A DNA stretch of 64,000 nucleotides, taken from positions 2,336,001-2,400,000 of the forward strand of contig CAVVPN010000003.1 of the NCBI GenBank assembly GCA_963750165.1, read 5' to 3'. This DNA comes from an uncultured Gemmataceae bacterium. Lineage in GTDB: Bacteria; Planctomycetota; Planctomycetia; Gemmatales; Gemmataceae. The translations under genes were made by a program, and so were the position numbers. The notes beneath the pieces were generated by a model. The model had not been told where the DNA came from. It saw only the letters and a list, made by a program, of their open reading frames with translations, and did not search any database. Below, piece after piece: positions 52,368 through 61,124 of the stretch; position 1 is the stretch's first letter; each line of letters begins with the position of its first letter.

Positions 52368-52582
52368 AATTAGCCACAGAGGACACAGAGGACACAGAGA
52401 GAAAGACAGAGAAAGAGTTTTCTCGGTCTGCCGATCTGTTACTGCGTCCGACCGTTCTGTTGTCATCACGCATTTTCGCAAGGCTTTGTTGTTCAATATC
52501 TTGCGGCAGCATGTGATGTCTTTAGAAAAGTCGGACGCAGTAATTGGTTTGTTTTCTCTCTCTGTGACCTCTGTGGCTAATT
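52368..52582. repeat. Inverted-repeat element (GCCACAGAGGACACAGAG type) with a nested MITE-like unit
   Basis: Outer IR aattagccacagagg / cctctgtggctaatt. Inner 14-bp IR ttactgcgtccgac (52439-52452) / gtcggacgcagtaa (52530-52543). Confidence 0.75.
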
Positions 52583-54007
52583 CTTCAACACTTCAATCTG
52601 CCCCGGGTCCGACACCATGATCTGCGGCCGTTCGCGGTACAGCGTCAGCGTGCCGGTCACGCGGATGCGCTGGCCGTCGAAGAGCGACCGCAGCGCCTTC
52701 GTGTCTTCTTTTTTGAACTTCGTCTGCGCTTCCTCGTTCAGCACCACCGTGAAGTTACCGTCGTTGCGGTAGTTCTCCTCGGAGTTCAAAAACACCAGCT
52801 TCGCGCCGCCGCTGGCCCCGGTCGATTGCACCTTCATCTCGACCGTCACCTTCTTGTCGAGGTTGGCCTTCACCACCTTCGGCGTCAGCTCCTCGCCGCT
52901 CGCCAGCTTCGGCCCCTTGTCCTTCTGCGCCGGCTGCAGCACGCGCAACGGCAGCTTTTGCCGGATCGTCACGTCGCCGTCCACGTCGCGGATCTGCAGG
53001 CTGACCGTCGGCGTTTTCGCGTCCCAGTCAATCGCGATGAAGCCGAAGTTGTCGCCGGTGTTCATCGTCATCACGCGGTGCCGGTTCACCAGTTGTTTGC
53101 GCCAGCCGCTCTTGAAGCCCTGGTTCAACCCGCTGCTCGTCAGGTCGAAGAGCGGGTAGCCAAGGCCCGCGTCGATCACCGACAATTCCGCCATGTGCAG
53201 GTCGCCGCTCAGCACCACGACGCCGTTCGCCTTCGTGTCCTTCAGCAGTTGGAACAGCCGCGCGCGCTCGCGCGGCAGGTTCATCCACTTCTCGAACGGC
53301 TGGTCCTCCGCCACCAGCTGAATGCTGGAGCACAACAGCCGCAGCTGCGCCGGCTCGCGCAGTTGCCGCTCCAGCCATTTCCACTGCGCCTCGCCCAGGA
53401 TGGTCTTGGTCGGCTCGTCGTCGGGGACGTAGGTGCCGCCCTTGCCCGCCTGCTTCAGCGGGCTGCGGAAAAAGCGCGTGTCCAGCAGGATCACCTGCAC
53501 GCGCTGCCCCGGTGGGCCGAACAGCTTCGCGTCGTATACCCCCTCCTGCTGGCGCCGCGGCGAATCCGCCGGCTCGCCGAAGAAGTCCAGGAACAGCTTC
53601 TGTGACTGCTTCTTCAACGGGAACTCCGTGCCGGCGTCGTTCAGGCCGTAGTCGTGGTCGTCCCACGTTGCCAGGATGGGGCAGGTCTTCTTCAGCTTCT
53701 GAAAGCCCGGCACCTGCGCCAGCTTGTCATAGCTCTGCCGGATCAAGTCCACCGTCACGTTCCTTGTCAGTCGGTATCCCTTGTCGGCGGGGACGAGGTC
53801 AGCGTACATGGAATCGCCGATGAACAGGAACAACTGCGGTTTCGCCGCGACGATGGCGTTCCAGATCGGCTGCGGCTCGTGCTGGTTGGCGCAGGAGCCG
53901 AAGGCGATGCGTTCCAGGCGTGGGCTGGCCTTGGACTCCTGGGCGTGGGCCGCCGGTGGCAGCGCCAGCACGAGGGTTAGCAGGAACAGGGAACGGATCG
54001 GCTTCAT
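52577..54007 (-). CDS. phoD: PhoD-like alkaline phosphatase with C-terminal OB-fold domain
   Basis: IAFGSC, IGDSMYAD, TWDDHDYG.ND, LLDTRFFR, LGEAQWKWL and LSGDLH motifs; C-terminal G..IRVTGTL..Y..RPQI. Confidence 0.85.
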   Translation of the reverse strand: MKPIRSLFLLTLVLALPPAAHAQESKASPRLERIAFGSCANQHEPQPIWNAIVAAKPQLFLFIGDSMYADLVPADKGYRLTRNVTVDLIRQSYDKLAQVPGFQKLKKTCPILATWDDHDYGLNDAGTEFPLKKQSQKLFLDFFGEPADSPRRQQEGVYDAKLFGPPGQRVQVILLDTRFFRSPLKQAGKGGTYVPDDEPTKTILGEAQWKWLERQLREPAQLRLLCSSIQLVAEDQPFEKWMNLPRERARLFQLLKDTKANGVVVLSGDLHMAELSVIDAGLGYPLFDLTSSGLNQGFKSGWRKQLVNRHRVMTMNTGDNFGFIAIDWDAKTPTVSLQIRDVDGDVTIRQKLPLRVLQPAQKDKGPKLASGEELTPKVVKANLDKKVTVEMKVQSTGASGGAKLVFLNSEENYRNDGNFTVVLNEEAQTKFKKEDTKALRSLFDGQRIRVTGTLTLYRERPQIMVSDPGQIEVLKN

Positions 54008-54232
54008 GGCAGGGCCTCTGGCGGGTCCGGGGTGCGCAGGGGCGACGGCGTTAATTAACGGAAACCGTGGCCGCGCAACCAGAGGGCAGGCGGCCCGAAT
54101 TCCAGGTCCGCTTTCCGGGCGCGTCTGCCTATAATGGAGGTAGCGGCAGGAGGCCGTTTCATCTCATATCATCTCACAGACCCCCCCGAACGGGCTTTGC
54201 GACGCATTCGGATAAACGCATGGGAATGCGTA

Positions 54233-55486
54233 TCAGTTAGACCGAATGCGTTGCATCGGCAGCACGTCCGGCCGCACAGCCGGTTCCGCTTCATCTTTCC
54301 AGAAGACGGGCACGATGCCAAGGGTTTCCTGCTCCTGAATCAGACAGGTGAGATTATGGCAGAGGATTTTGCAGAGCGATTCATTGATCATACCAGTGTC
54401 GCTCTTGCTGCGCACCGAGTCGCCGAACTTCCGCTTGATGGCGCTGAAGGTGGACTCGACGTTGCTTCGCTTGTGATAGTGCCGCAAAAACTCCTCGCGC
54501 TGGAACTGGAAGAAGTGGAAGGCGCGCTCGAACTGGCCGCCGACGGCGCCGGTGGCGTTGCTCTTGAACGGGATGAACGCCGCGGCGCCGCACGCGGCGA
54601 TTTCCTCAAAGTTCTCCAGCGACGCATACGCCTTGTCGGCCGACACCTCCCCGATCTCAAAGCGCCGCCGCGTCTCCTTCACCAGCGGCACGAACTGCGG
54701 ACAATCCCCGGAGTCTTTGTCCAGAATACGGACAGCGGTGACGATGTTCGTCTTCACGCCGCACGCCAGGTGGACTTTCACCCACACGCACCTGTTGCGG
54801 GTGATGCCATACTTCTCGTCCAGCCATTTTTCGTAGCGGCAGCTGCCGAAGCCGCTGCTGTCGATGGCGAAGTCCGTCTCGACCACGCGGAGCGGGCTGG
54901 CGCTGATGGCGATGAGTTCCTTGAGGATCGGCGTGAAGAAAGCATCCTCGAAAAAACTGTTCACCTTCATGCCAGGGATGGGCTTGGTGGTGTGGCCGCG
55001 CTCGTGCGCGTCGAGCAGGTCGCAGGAGAAGCGCCGCGAGGACAGGCCGCAGTAGACCTTGAAGGCCATCGCAAACACGGCGTCGCGGCTCAGGTGTGGC
55101 TTGGGGCCGGGCAGGCTGCTGGAGCGATCGCGGTCGGGCAGGCGACTGCACAGGTCCGCGAGCAGCACTTGCAGGCGGCGCTTCTCCGTGGCTTGCGCCC
55201 TGTTGAACGCCGGCCAGTCTTGCGCGTACGTCTTGCGGACGGGGATAACGTCGGTGTCGATGGCCGGGGCTTGCTCGCCGCCGTCGCGCTCGCAGGCCAG
55301 TTTCGCGGCGATGACGTGCTTGCACGGTTTGCCGGTCAGGCCGAAGTCTTCGCAGGTGCAGCCGGGCGGGATGATCGTGACTCGGTATTTGGTGGTAAGG
55401 CTGGTCTGGGAAGGAACAACCCAGGCGCTGCCGTCGTAGACGATTTTTGCACGCGCCGCGATCTCCAGGGCCTTCAGTTCACGCAT
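54233..55486 (-). CDS. DDE transposase with N-terminal SWIM zinc finger
   Basis: CTCEDF.....CKH (SWIM). FAIDSSG, WVKVH, SADKAY and Y.KRSNVESTFS.IKR (DDE, IS4/IS5 clan). Confidence 0.9.
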   Translation of the reverse strand: MRELKALEIAARAKIVYDGSAWVVPSQTSLTTKYRVTIIPPGCTCEDFGLTGKPCKHVIAAKLACERDGGEQAPAIDTDVIPVRKTYAQDWPAFNRAQATEKRRLQVLLADLCSRLPDRDRSSSLPGPKPHLSRDAVFAMAFKVYCGLSSRRFSCDLLDAHERGHTTKPIPGMKVNSFFEDAFFTPILKELIAISASPLRVVETDFAIDSSGFGSCRYEKWLDEKYGITRNRCVWVKVHLACGVKTNIVTAVRILDKDSGDCPQFVPLVKETRRRFEIGEVSADKAYASLENFEEIAACGAAAFIPFKSNATGAVGGQFERAFHFFQFQREEFLRHYHKRSNVESTFSAIKRKFGDSVRSKSDTGMINESLCKILCHNLTCLIQEQETLGIVPVFWKDEAEPAVRPDVLPMQRIRSN

Positions 55487-55859
55487 ATCCACGTCGCCAC
55501 CCTGCCTCTCGGAAGGCGCGCACGTAGAATGGAGTTGAGGGCCGCATTCGGGCGTGCAAGCGCCGGAGTGTTGTCCGCTCCAGGGGCTGTTACTAGCAGT
55601 CCCTGGAGCATCATTTCTCCGCACGATAGTACGCAATTTATCTCCACAAGTACAGGTCAGCAGTGGACTTACGAATATTTTTCCGCTGCGGAAAAACGGT
55701 CGGTTGCGCAGAAGCACGTCAGGGGCGCGTCAGGATGAGGCAGGAGCGCAGAAGGCGCCGTCTACGACCAACCGGGCGGTCTGGGGCCGGATCGCGTCGG
55801 GGGCGTTTCTGGGAAGCCGTCTGGAAAATCTGACAAGCAGCGACAACAATAGAAAAAGG

Positions 55860-55946
55860 TGGGGGTGGGGGGACTCGAACCCCCAAATGGTGAAACACCA
55901 CGGCGGGTTGGGAACCCGCTGCGTTTTCCAGTTTCGCCACACCCCC
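55860..55946 (-). tRNA. Class II tRNA with Leu-type body and CCC (Gly) anticodon
   Basis: Acceptor GGGGGTG/CACCCCC + A73. D arm GCG-AAACTGGAAAA-CGC. Anticodon arm GCGGG-TTCCCAA-CCCGC. Variable arm GTGGTG-TTT-CACCAT. T arm GGGGG-TTCGAGT-CCCCC. 3' end reads A-CC-T. Confidence 0.85.
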
Positions 55947-55958
55947 GCAGGCTGTTGC

Positions 55959-56030
55959 AGACGCGGACCCGAGTTGAACGGGCTTTCTGGACTTTGCCAA
56001 GTTCCCCGAGAAACCGTCCTCCCCCGCGTC
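55959..56030 (-). tRNA. Irregular tRNA-like gene (apparent anticodon GGC)
   Basis: Acceptor GACGCGG/CCGCGTC. T arm GCCCG-TTCAACT-CGGGT. D arm GAGG-ACGGTT-TCTC. Anticodon loop TTGGCAA on an imperfect stem. Lacks U8. Confidence 0.55.
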
Positions 56031-56277
56031 GTTTGCTACAGCATGTTGGCTGGTCGGGCAGGAGTTACCGACTCCTGCCCGATCGCCAGCCTTCACCGGT
56101 TTTTCCCAGCCCTCCCAGGTTTGATCGGGTTGACTTTTGGCCTACGGATGGGTATCTCCCCATCCGCTGTCGGACATTTCCAGCAATGTCCGACGCACGC
56201 CACGCAGACAGATCATCGACGAAAGCAAAACCTAACTTTAGGGACAACCCCCTTACCGTCAGACAGGAGAGACGGCA

Positions 56278-56624
56278 ATGACCAAGCTGCGCAGAAGGGC
56301 CACGCGACTCGCCCCGTGTCCTTCAGGATGCCCGTTGGTGTGTACGACGACTTCGTTTCGGTTGCAGAAACGAGGGGCGTGGATGTGTCGGGCTTGCTGA
56401 ATTGGATGTGCGCCGAGTACCGCCCCACGCTCTTGAAAAAGAAGGCGGATTACGAAGCCGCCATGCTGGAGGCTGCGGCGGCAAGCCTGCGCGAAAACCT
56501 GGCTTCACCCGGGGAAAGCCGCAAGGCGCTTGGCGTGCTGCGCGACCTGCTCAAACAGCTTCAGGATATGTACGCGGCTCTGTCGAAGCGGGCTCTCGAC
56601 GAGGACGAAAGACGGGCCGGGTGA
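56278..56624 (+). CDS. Ribbon-helix-helix-like DNA-binding protein (probable 1-nt frameshift at ~56286)
   Basis: AGGAG RBS before ATG 56278. Adding one G gives MTKAAQKGHATRPVSFRMPVGVYDDFVSVAETRGVDVSGLLNWM (RHH pattern). An in-frame ATG at 56328 is an alternative start. Confidence 0.65.
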
Positions 56625-56705
56625 CAGGGGACTGCGCGCCCCTTTCGGTCGGGCATTATTCATTCATCATCAACGACCGGGAGTGCGCGAACACGGCTGA
56701 ACACG

Positions 56706-56746
56706 AAACGCCACCAACCAAGGCGCCTTGGTTGGTGGCGTTTTTT
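56706..56746 (+). terminator. Intrinsic terminator-like hairpin
   Basis: aaacgccaccaaccaagg-cg-ccttggttggtggcgttt followed by a T run, downstream of the RHH gene. Confidence 0.7.
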
Positions 56747-56903
56747 CATTGGATCGAATGCGTCGCAACTCGCCCGAATGCGTCACAACCGGCGAATGCG
56801 TGGCAAAGCCCCCCGAACGACCGGGGGAGACCGGAGAATCCCTGTTCTCACCCTGGCCGGACGACCGTAAAGCAAGGACTTTGACTGCCACTGGAGGACT
56901 GCG

Positions 56904-58048
56904 ATGCTGGAAACCACCCGCCTGCTCCGCGACCTGGTGGCCCTGCCGAGCGTCAACCCGATGGGCCGCACCGGCCCCAACCCCGACTTCTTCGAGCACC
57001 GCGTCACCGCCTACCTGGAAGCGTTCTTCCGCGACCTCGGCGTGTCCTGTGAGCGGCAGACGGTGGCGCCGTCGCGCGACAACATCATCGCGCGCTGCGT
57101 GCTGCCGGGGCGCGGCGGACGCTGCTGCTCGAAGCCCACCAGGACACGGTGCCGACCGATAACATGACCATCGAACCGTTCGGGGCGAAGATCGACGGCA
57201 ACCGCCTGTACGGCCGCGGCGCCTGCGACATCAAGGGCGGCCTGGCGGCCATGCTGGCGGCGTTCGCGCGTGTGGCCCGCGAGAAGCCGGCAGGTGCCGC
57301 CAACGTCGTGCTGGCCTGCACCGTGGACGAGGAGTACACGTTTCTCGGCGTGCAGCGCCTGGTGCGCGACGGCCTGAAGGCGGACGCAGCCGTCGTCGCC
57401 GAGCCGACCGACCTCAACATCGTCCATGCCCACAAGGGCGTCGTCCGCTGGGACATCGTCACGACGGGTCGTTCGTGTCACAGTTCGCGGCCCGAGCAGG
57501 GCCAAAACGCTATCTACTTCATGGGCCGCGTGCTGACCGCCCTGGAGCAGTACGCCGGGCAGCTGCACCAGTCGCGGCAGCATCCGCTGCTGGGCCGGCC
57601 GACCCTGAGCGTTGGCCGCGTCGAGGGTGGCACCAGCGTTAACACGGTGCCGGATCGCTGCCGCATCGAGATCGACCGCCGGCTGATCCCGGGCGAGGAG
57701 CCGCTGGCGGCGCAGCAGGACGTGACGCAGTTCTTGCAGGGCCGGCTGGGGCCGGACGTGCCGTTTACATGTGTGCCGCCGTGGATGAGCAAGGGCGCCC
57801 TGAACCCGGAGGGCTCCGAGGCGCTGGTGCAGGAATTCGGCGCCGTGATCGACGCCGTGCGCGGCCGGCACACCGTCGAGGCGGTGCCGTTCGGCACCGA
57901 CGCCTCCAACATCGCCGCGGCGGGCGTGCCGGCCATCGTGTTCGGCCCCGGTGACATCGGCAAGGCCCACACCTGCGACGAGTGGGTGCCGCTCGATGAA
58001 GTCGAGACGGCCAGTGAGATCCTGTTTCGCTGGCTCTGCCAGGGTTGA
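56904..58048 (+). CDS. M20 family (ArgE/DapE-like) deacylase (frameshift near 57108)
   Basis: L.DLVALPSVNP. After adding one G: LLLEAHQDTVP, GRGACDIKG, VDEE, VAEPT, GRSCHSS, GTDA and AHTCDEW. Confidence 0.9.
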
Positions 58049-58079
58049 TACGGAATCGCCTTGGCGGTTCTTGTTTCTG

Positions 58080-58140
58080 GTCGGAGCCCGAGCGCCAGTG
58101 AGGGGCAGGCTTTGCCCCGCGCTGGCGCTCGGGCTCCGAC
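58080..58140. repeat. REP palindrome (same family as 14179-14230)
   Basis: gtcggagcccgagcgccag / ctggcgctcgggctccgac arms. Confidence 0.8.
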
Positions 58141-58193
58141 TTGACGGCCGCGCCGGGTCATCTATCATGAGGAGGGAAGTACGGATCGCACAT

Positions 58194-58266
58194 GGCCCCG
58201 TCGTCTAGAGGCCCAGGACAGCGGCTTTTCACGCCGCCAACACGGGTTCGAATCCCGTCGGGGTCA
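58194..58266 (+). tRNA. tRNA-Glu(TTC)
   Basis: Acceptor GGCCCCG/CGGGGTC, D-arm GTCTAGAGGCCCAGGAC, anticodon arm GCGGC-TTTTCAC-GCCGC, T loop TTCGAAT. CCA not encoded. Confidence 0.95.
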
Positions 58267-58499
58267 ATCAGAAGCGCTGGAATGACAAGGGTTTAGAGAG
58301 GCATCTGCTGCAACAAAACTCTACCCGCTCGACTCGTACTGACTGGAGCGGTTCGCACGCGGATCGCGCCCGCGGTGGGACGGCGGGCACAGCTTGACCA
58401 GCAGGGGCCTGTACTGCCACAGCAAGGAGGCCAAGGGGGCCAAGGTTTGCACACGTCGAGAATCGGCGCCCTGGCCCCGTGCGGCTGGCACGGCGCGAC

Positions 58500-58703
58500 C
58501 ACCACATGCTGAATTCGTCATCCTCGGCGACGCGGCGCAGGAGTTCCGGGTCGGCCGGTCCAGCCCAGCAGGCCAGCCGTGCGATCCGCCCGGGTGGGTT
58601 CGGTTTGCACCTGGATCGTAACCCGTTGGTGTTCCTGGAGCGGCAACGGCTGGGCCGGCTTGAGCACGCCGTTTTCGTACACGGCTTCGACGGTGATGGC
58701 CAT
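58500..58703 (-). pseudogene. AF2212/DUF104-like antitoxin, frameshifted near 58555, 3' end disrupted; no cognate toxin
   Basis: MAITVEAVYENGVLKPAQPLPLQEHQRVTI is the AF2212-like signature. It continues ...GWTG(D)PELLRRVAEDDEF in another frame. The 3' boundary is approximate. Confidence 0.7.
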
Positions 58704-58748
58704 CGGTGGGCCTCCCAAAAAGAACGCGGTGCGACCCTTCGCATTCTG

Positions 58749-58850
58749 GAGCGTGTTGGCGCTCGGGGGGTAGCGGAAGTCGCCAGACTTCCGTCCGGTG
58801 CTGCTCGGAAGTCTGGCGACTTCCGCTACCCCCCGAGCGCCAACACGCTC
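58749..58850. repeat. GTAG-type REPIN, perfect 45-bp inverted repeat
   Basis: Arms 58749-58793 and 58806-58850 contain gtagcggaagtcgccagacttccg, related to the hairpin at 12400. Confidence 0.88.
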
Positions 58851-58985
58851 TGGCCGGGGTGAGGAAACCAGAGCCGGACGCCGCTCCAAAAAAAAGCGCA
58901 CCCCAGCGCAGCGTCCGGCGACCGAACGCATCTATAGAAAGACGGGAAGATCCACGTCCCCCCACGACGCCAGGAGAATCACCTC

Positions 58986-60985
58986 ATGGGATTGGGTACT
59001 GTACGTTTGACGCGACTCGCCACCGCCGTTCGCGGCACGGTCCTGGGACTCGCGCTTGGGACGCTCGCCGTCCTGGCGTTCCCGGGCGCCGCCGGCGCCC
59101 AGCCGCCGAAGGGGCAGCCGAAGACCAAGACCGGCCTGCTCGTCAACGAACCGAAGGCCAGTCCGGGGTACACCCTGGTTGCGCCCTGACCTCGCACAAC
59201 ACTTATCTGATCGATCTCCAGGGCCGCGTCGTGCGGACCTGGAAGAGCGACTGCAACCCGGGCGCGTCCGCCTACCTGCTGCCCAACGGCAACCTGCTGC
59301 GCACCGGGGCGGTGAAGAACCCGCCGTTCTTCGGCGGTGGCGCCGGCGGCCGCGTTCAGGAGTTCACCTTCGACGGCGAGCTGATCTGGGACTTCACGCT
59401 CTCCAGCCCGACGAAATTGTCGCACCACGACATCTGCAAACTGCCCAACGGCAACCTCCTGATGATCGTGTGGGAGAAGAAGACCGCCAAGGAAGCCATC
59501 GCCGCCGGGCGCCGACCGGAGACGGTCAAGCAGGGGCACCTGAACGCGGACTGCATTCTGGAAATCCAACCGATGGGCAAGACCGGCGGCAAGATCGTCT
59601 GGGAGTGGCACACCTTTGACCACCTGATTCAGGAATTTGACTCCAAGGTGGCCAATCACGGCGACCCGGCCGCGCACCCCGAGCTGATCGACGTGAACTT
59701 CGGTGAAGGCACCCTGGCCGCCATCGTTGCCCGGCCGGAGGAGTTGAAGAAGTTGCAGGCCATCGGCTACGTCGGCGGCCCCACCGGCAAGAAGGGCGGC
59801 CCGGGCATGATGGGGGCGGACTGGCTGCACACCAACGCGATTGCCTACAACGCCGAGCTGGATCAGATTATGTTGAGCATCCACGAGTTCAACGAAATCT
59901 GGATCATCGACCACAGCACCACCACGGCCGAGGCGGCCGGCCACAAGGGCGGCAAGTACGGCAAGGGCGGCGACCTGCTCTACCGCTGGGGCAACCCCCG
60001 GGCTTACCGCGCCGGCGCCGTCAAGGACCAGAAACTCTTCGGCCAGCACAACGCCCACTGGATTCCGAAGGGCCGGCCCGGCGCCGGCCACGTCATGATC
60101 TTCAACAATGGCATGCGCCGCGTCGGCGGCGCCCACTCGACGGTGGACGAGATCGTCCTGCCGGTCGATGCGAAGGGCCACTACGAAAAGCCGGGCAAGG
60201 CGTACGGGCCGGACAAGGTCCACTGGAGCTACGCCGCGCCGAAGAAGTCGGACTTCTTCTCCTCGTTCATCTCCGGCGCCGAGCGGCTGCCTAACGGTAA
60301 CACGCTCATCTGTTCCGGCGCCAACGGCACCGTCTTCGAGGTGACGCCGACGAAGGAAATGGTCTGGAAGTACGTCGTGCCGTTGAAAGGCGGTTTCGGC
60401 GGTCCTGGCGGCCCTGGTGGCAAGATCTTCGGCGGCCCGCCCCGGCCCGGCCAGTTGCTGCCGCCGTTCCTGCACGGCATGCTGAACCTCACGGACGAAC
60501 AGAAGAAACAGCTGGAGACCGCGGAAAAGGGTTTGGCGGCAAAGCTCGACCAGTTGCTGACCGCCGAGCAGAAGAAGAAGCTCAAGGACGGGCCTGGTGG
60601 CTTCGGCCCCGGTTTCGGCGGTCCTGGCTTCGGCGGCCCACCGCAGTTCGGCCAGCTGATGCCGGCTCCGGTGCAGGAGCGGTTGAAACTGACGGACGAT
60701 CAGAAGAAGCAACTGGCGGGTTTGCAGAAGGAGGCGGACAGCAAACTCGACACGCTCCTGGAGGCGGGACAGAAGAAGCAGCTCAAGGACATGCAGGGCG
60801 GTATCAAGAAAAAGAAGGGCCCCGGTGGTTTCGGCGGCGGCCCCGGAGGGGGCTTCGCCGGGCCGCCCGGACTCTTCCGGGCGCCGCGCTACGCTCCGGA
60901 CTACCCCGGACTGGTGGGCCGCACCCTGACGCCGGGGGCGCTGCTCGAAGACCTCGTCAAGGATGTGCCCAAGAAGAAGGGGTAG
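58986..60985 (+). CDS. Arylsulfotransferase (ASST)-like beta-propeller protein with Gly/Pro-rich and LTXXQ repeats (frameshift near 59185)
   Basis: Signal peptide. GYTLVAP(L) joins T.LIDL.G.VV..W after adding one C. HHD, DWLHTNAI, LLYRWGNP, QHNAHW and AERLPNGNTLI motifs. Confidence 0.88.
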
Positions 60986-60996
60986 CGAGCGATTGG

Positions 60997-61054
60997 GTCG
61001 GAGCCCGAGCGCCAGCGCGGGGCAGCGCTGGCCCCGCGCTGGCGCTTCGGGCTC
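60997..61054. repeat. REP palindrome (same family as 14179-14230)
   Basis: gagcccgagcgccagcgcgggg / ccccgcgctggcgcttcgggctc. Confidence 0.8.
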
Positions 61055-61124
61055 AGAACACCGGCTTTCTGCCGCTTACGGTTTGGCACCCCGACCCTCC
61101 GAACGACCAATCAGAGAAGTTCTG

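Larger units (their letters stand above)
54193..56810. mobile_element. IS5-clan (IS903-like ends) transposon with passenger tRNA-like genes and an RHH gene
   Basis: TIR ggctttgcgacgcattcg / cgaatgcgtggcaaagcc (17/18). 9-bp direct repeat CCCCGAACG at 54184-54192 and 56811-56819. Confidence 0.88.

Noticed and set aside
55860..55946. Interpretation as tRNA-Sec or an ordinary tRNA-Gly
   Set aside because: The anticodon is not TCA and the fold is 7/5 with a short D stem, so it is not Sec. A long variable arm, A73 and G2-C71 are incompatible with bacterial tRNA-Gly.
55554..56327. N-terminal 250 aa of ORF 55554-56624
   Set aside because: It runs antisense through the tRNA-like genes and hairpins with atypical composition. 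Only the 3' RHH-like part looks coding.
58194..58750. Prophage or ICE integrated at tRNA-Glu
   Set aside because: No integrase and no duplicate of the tRNA 3' end found in the window.
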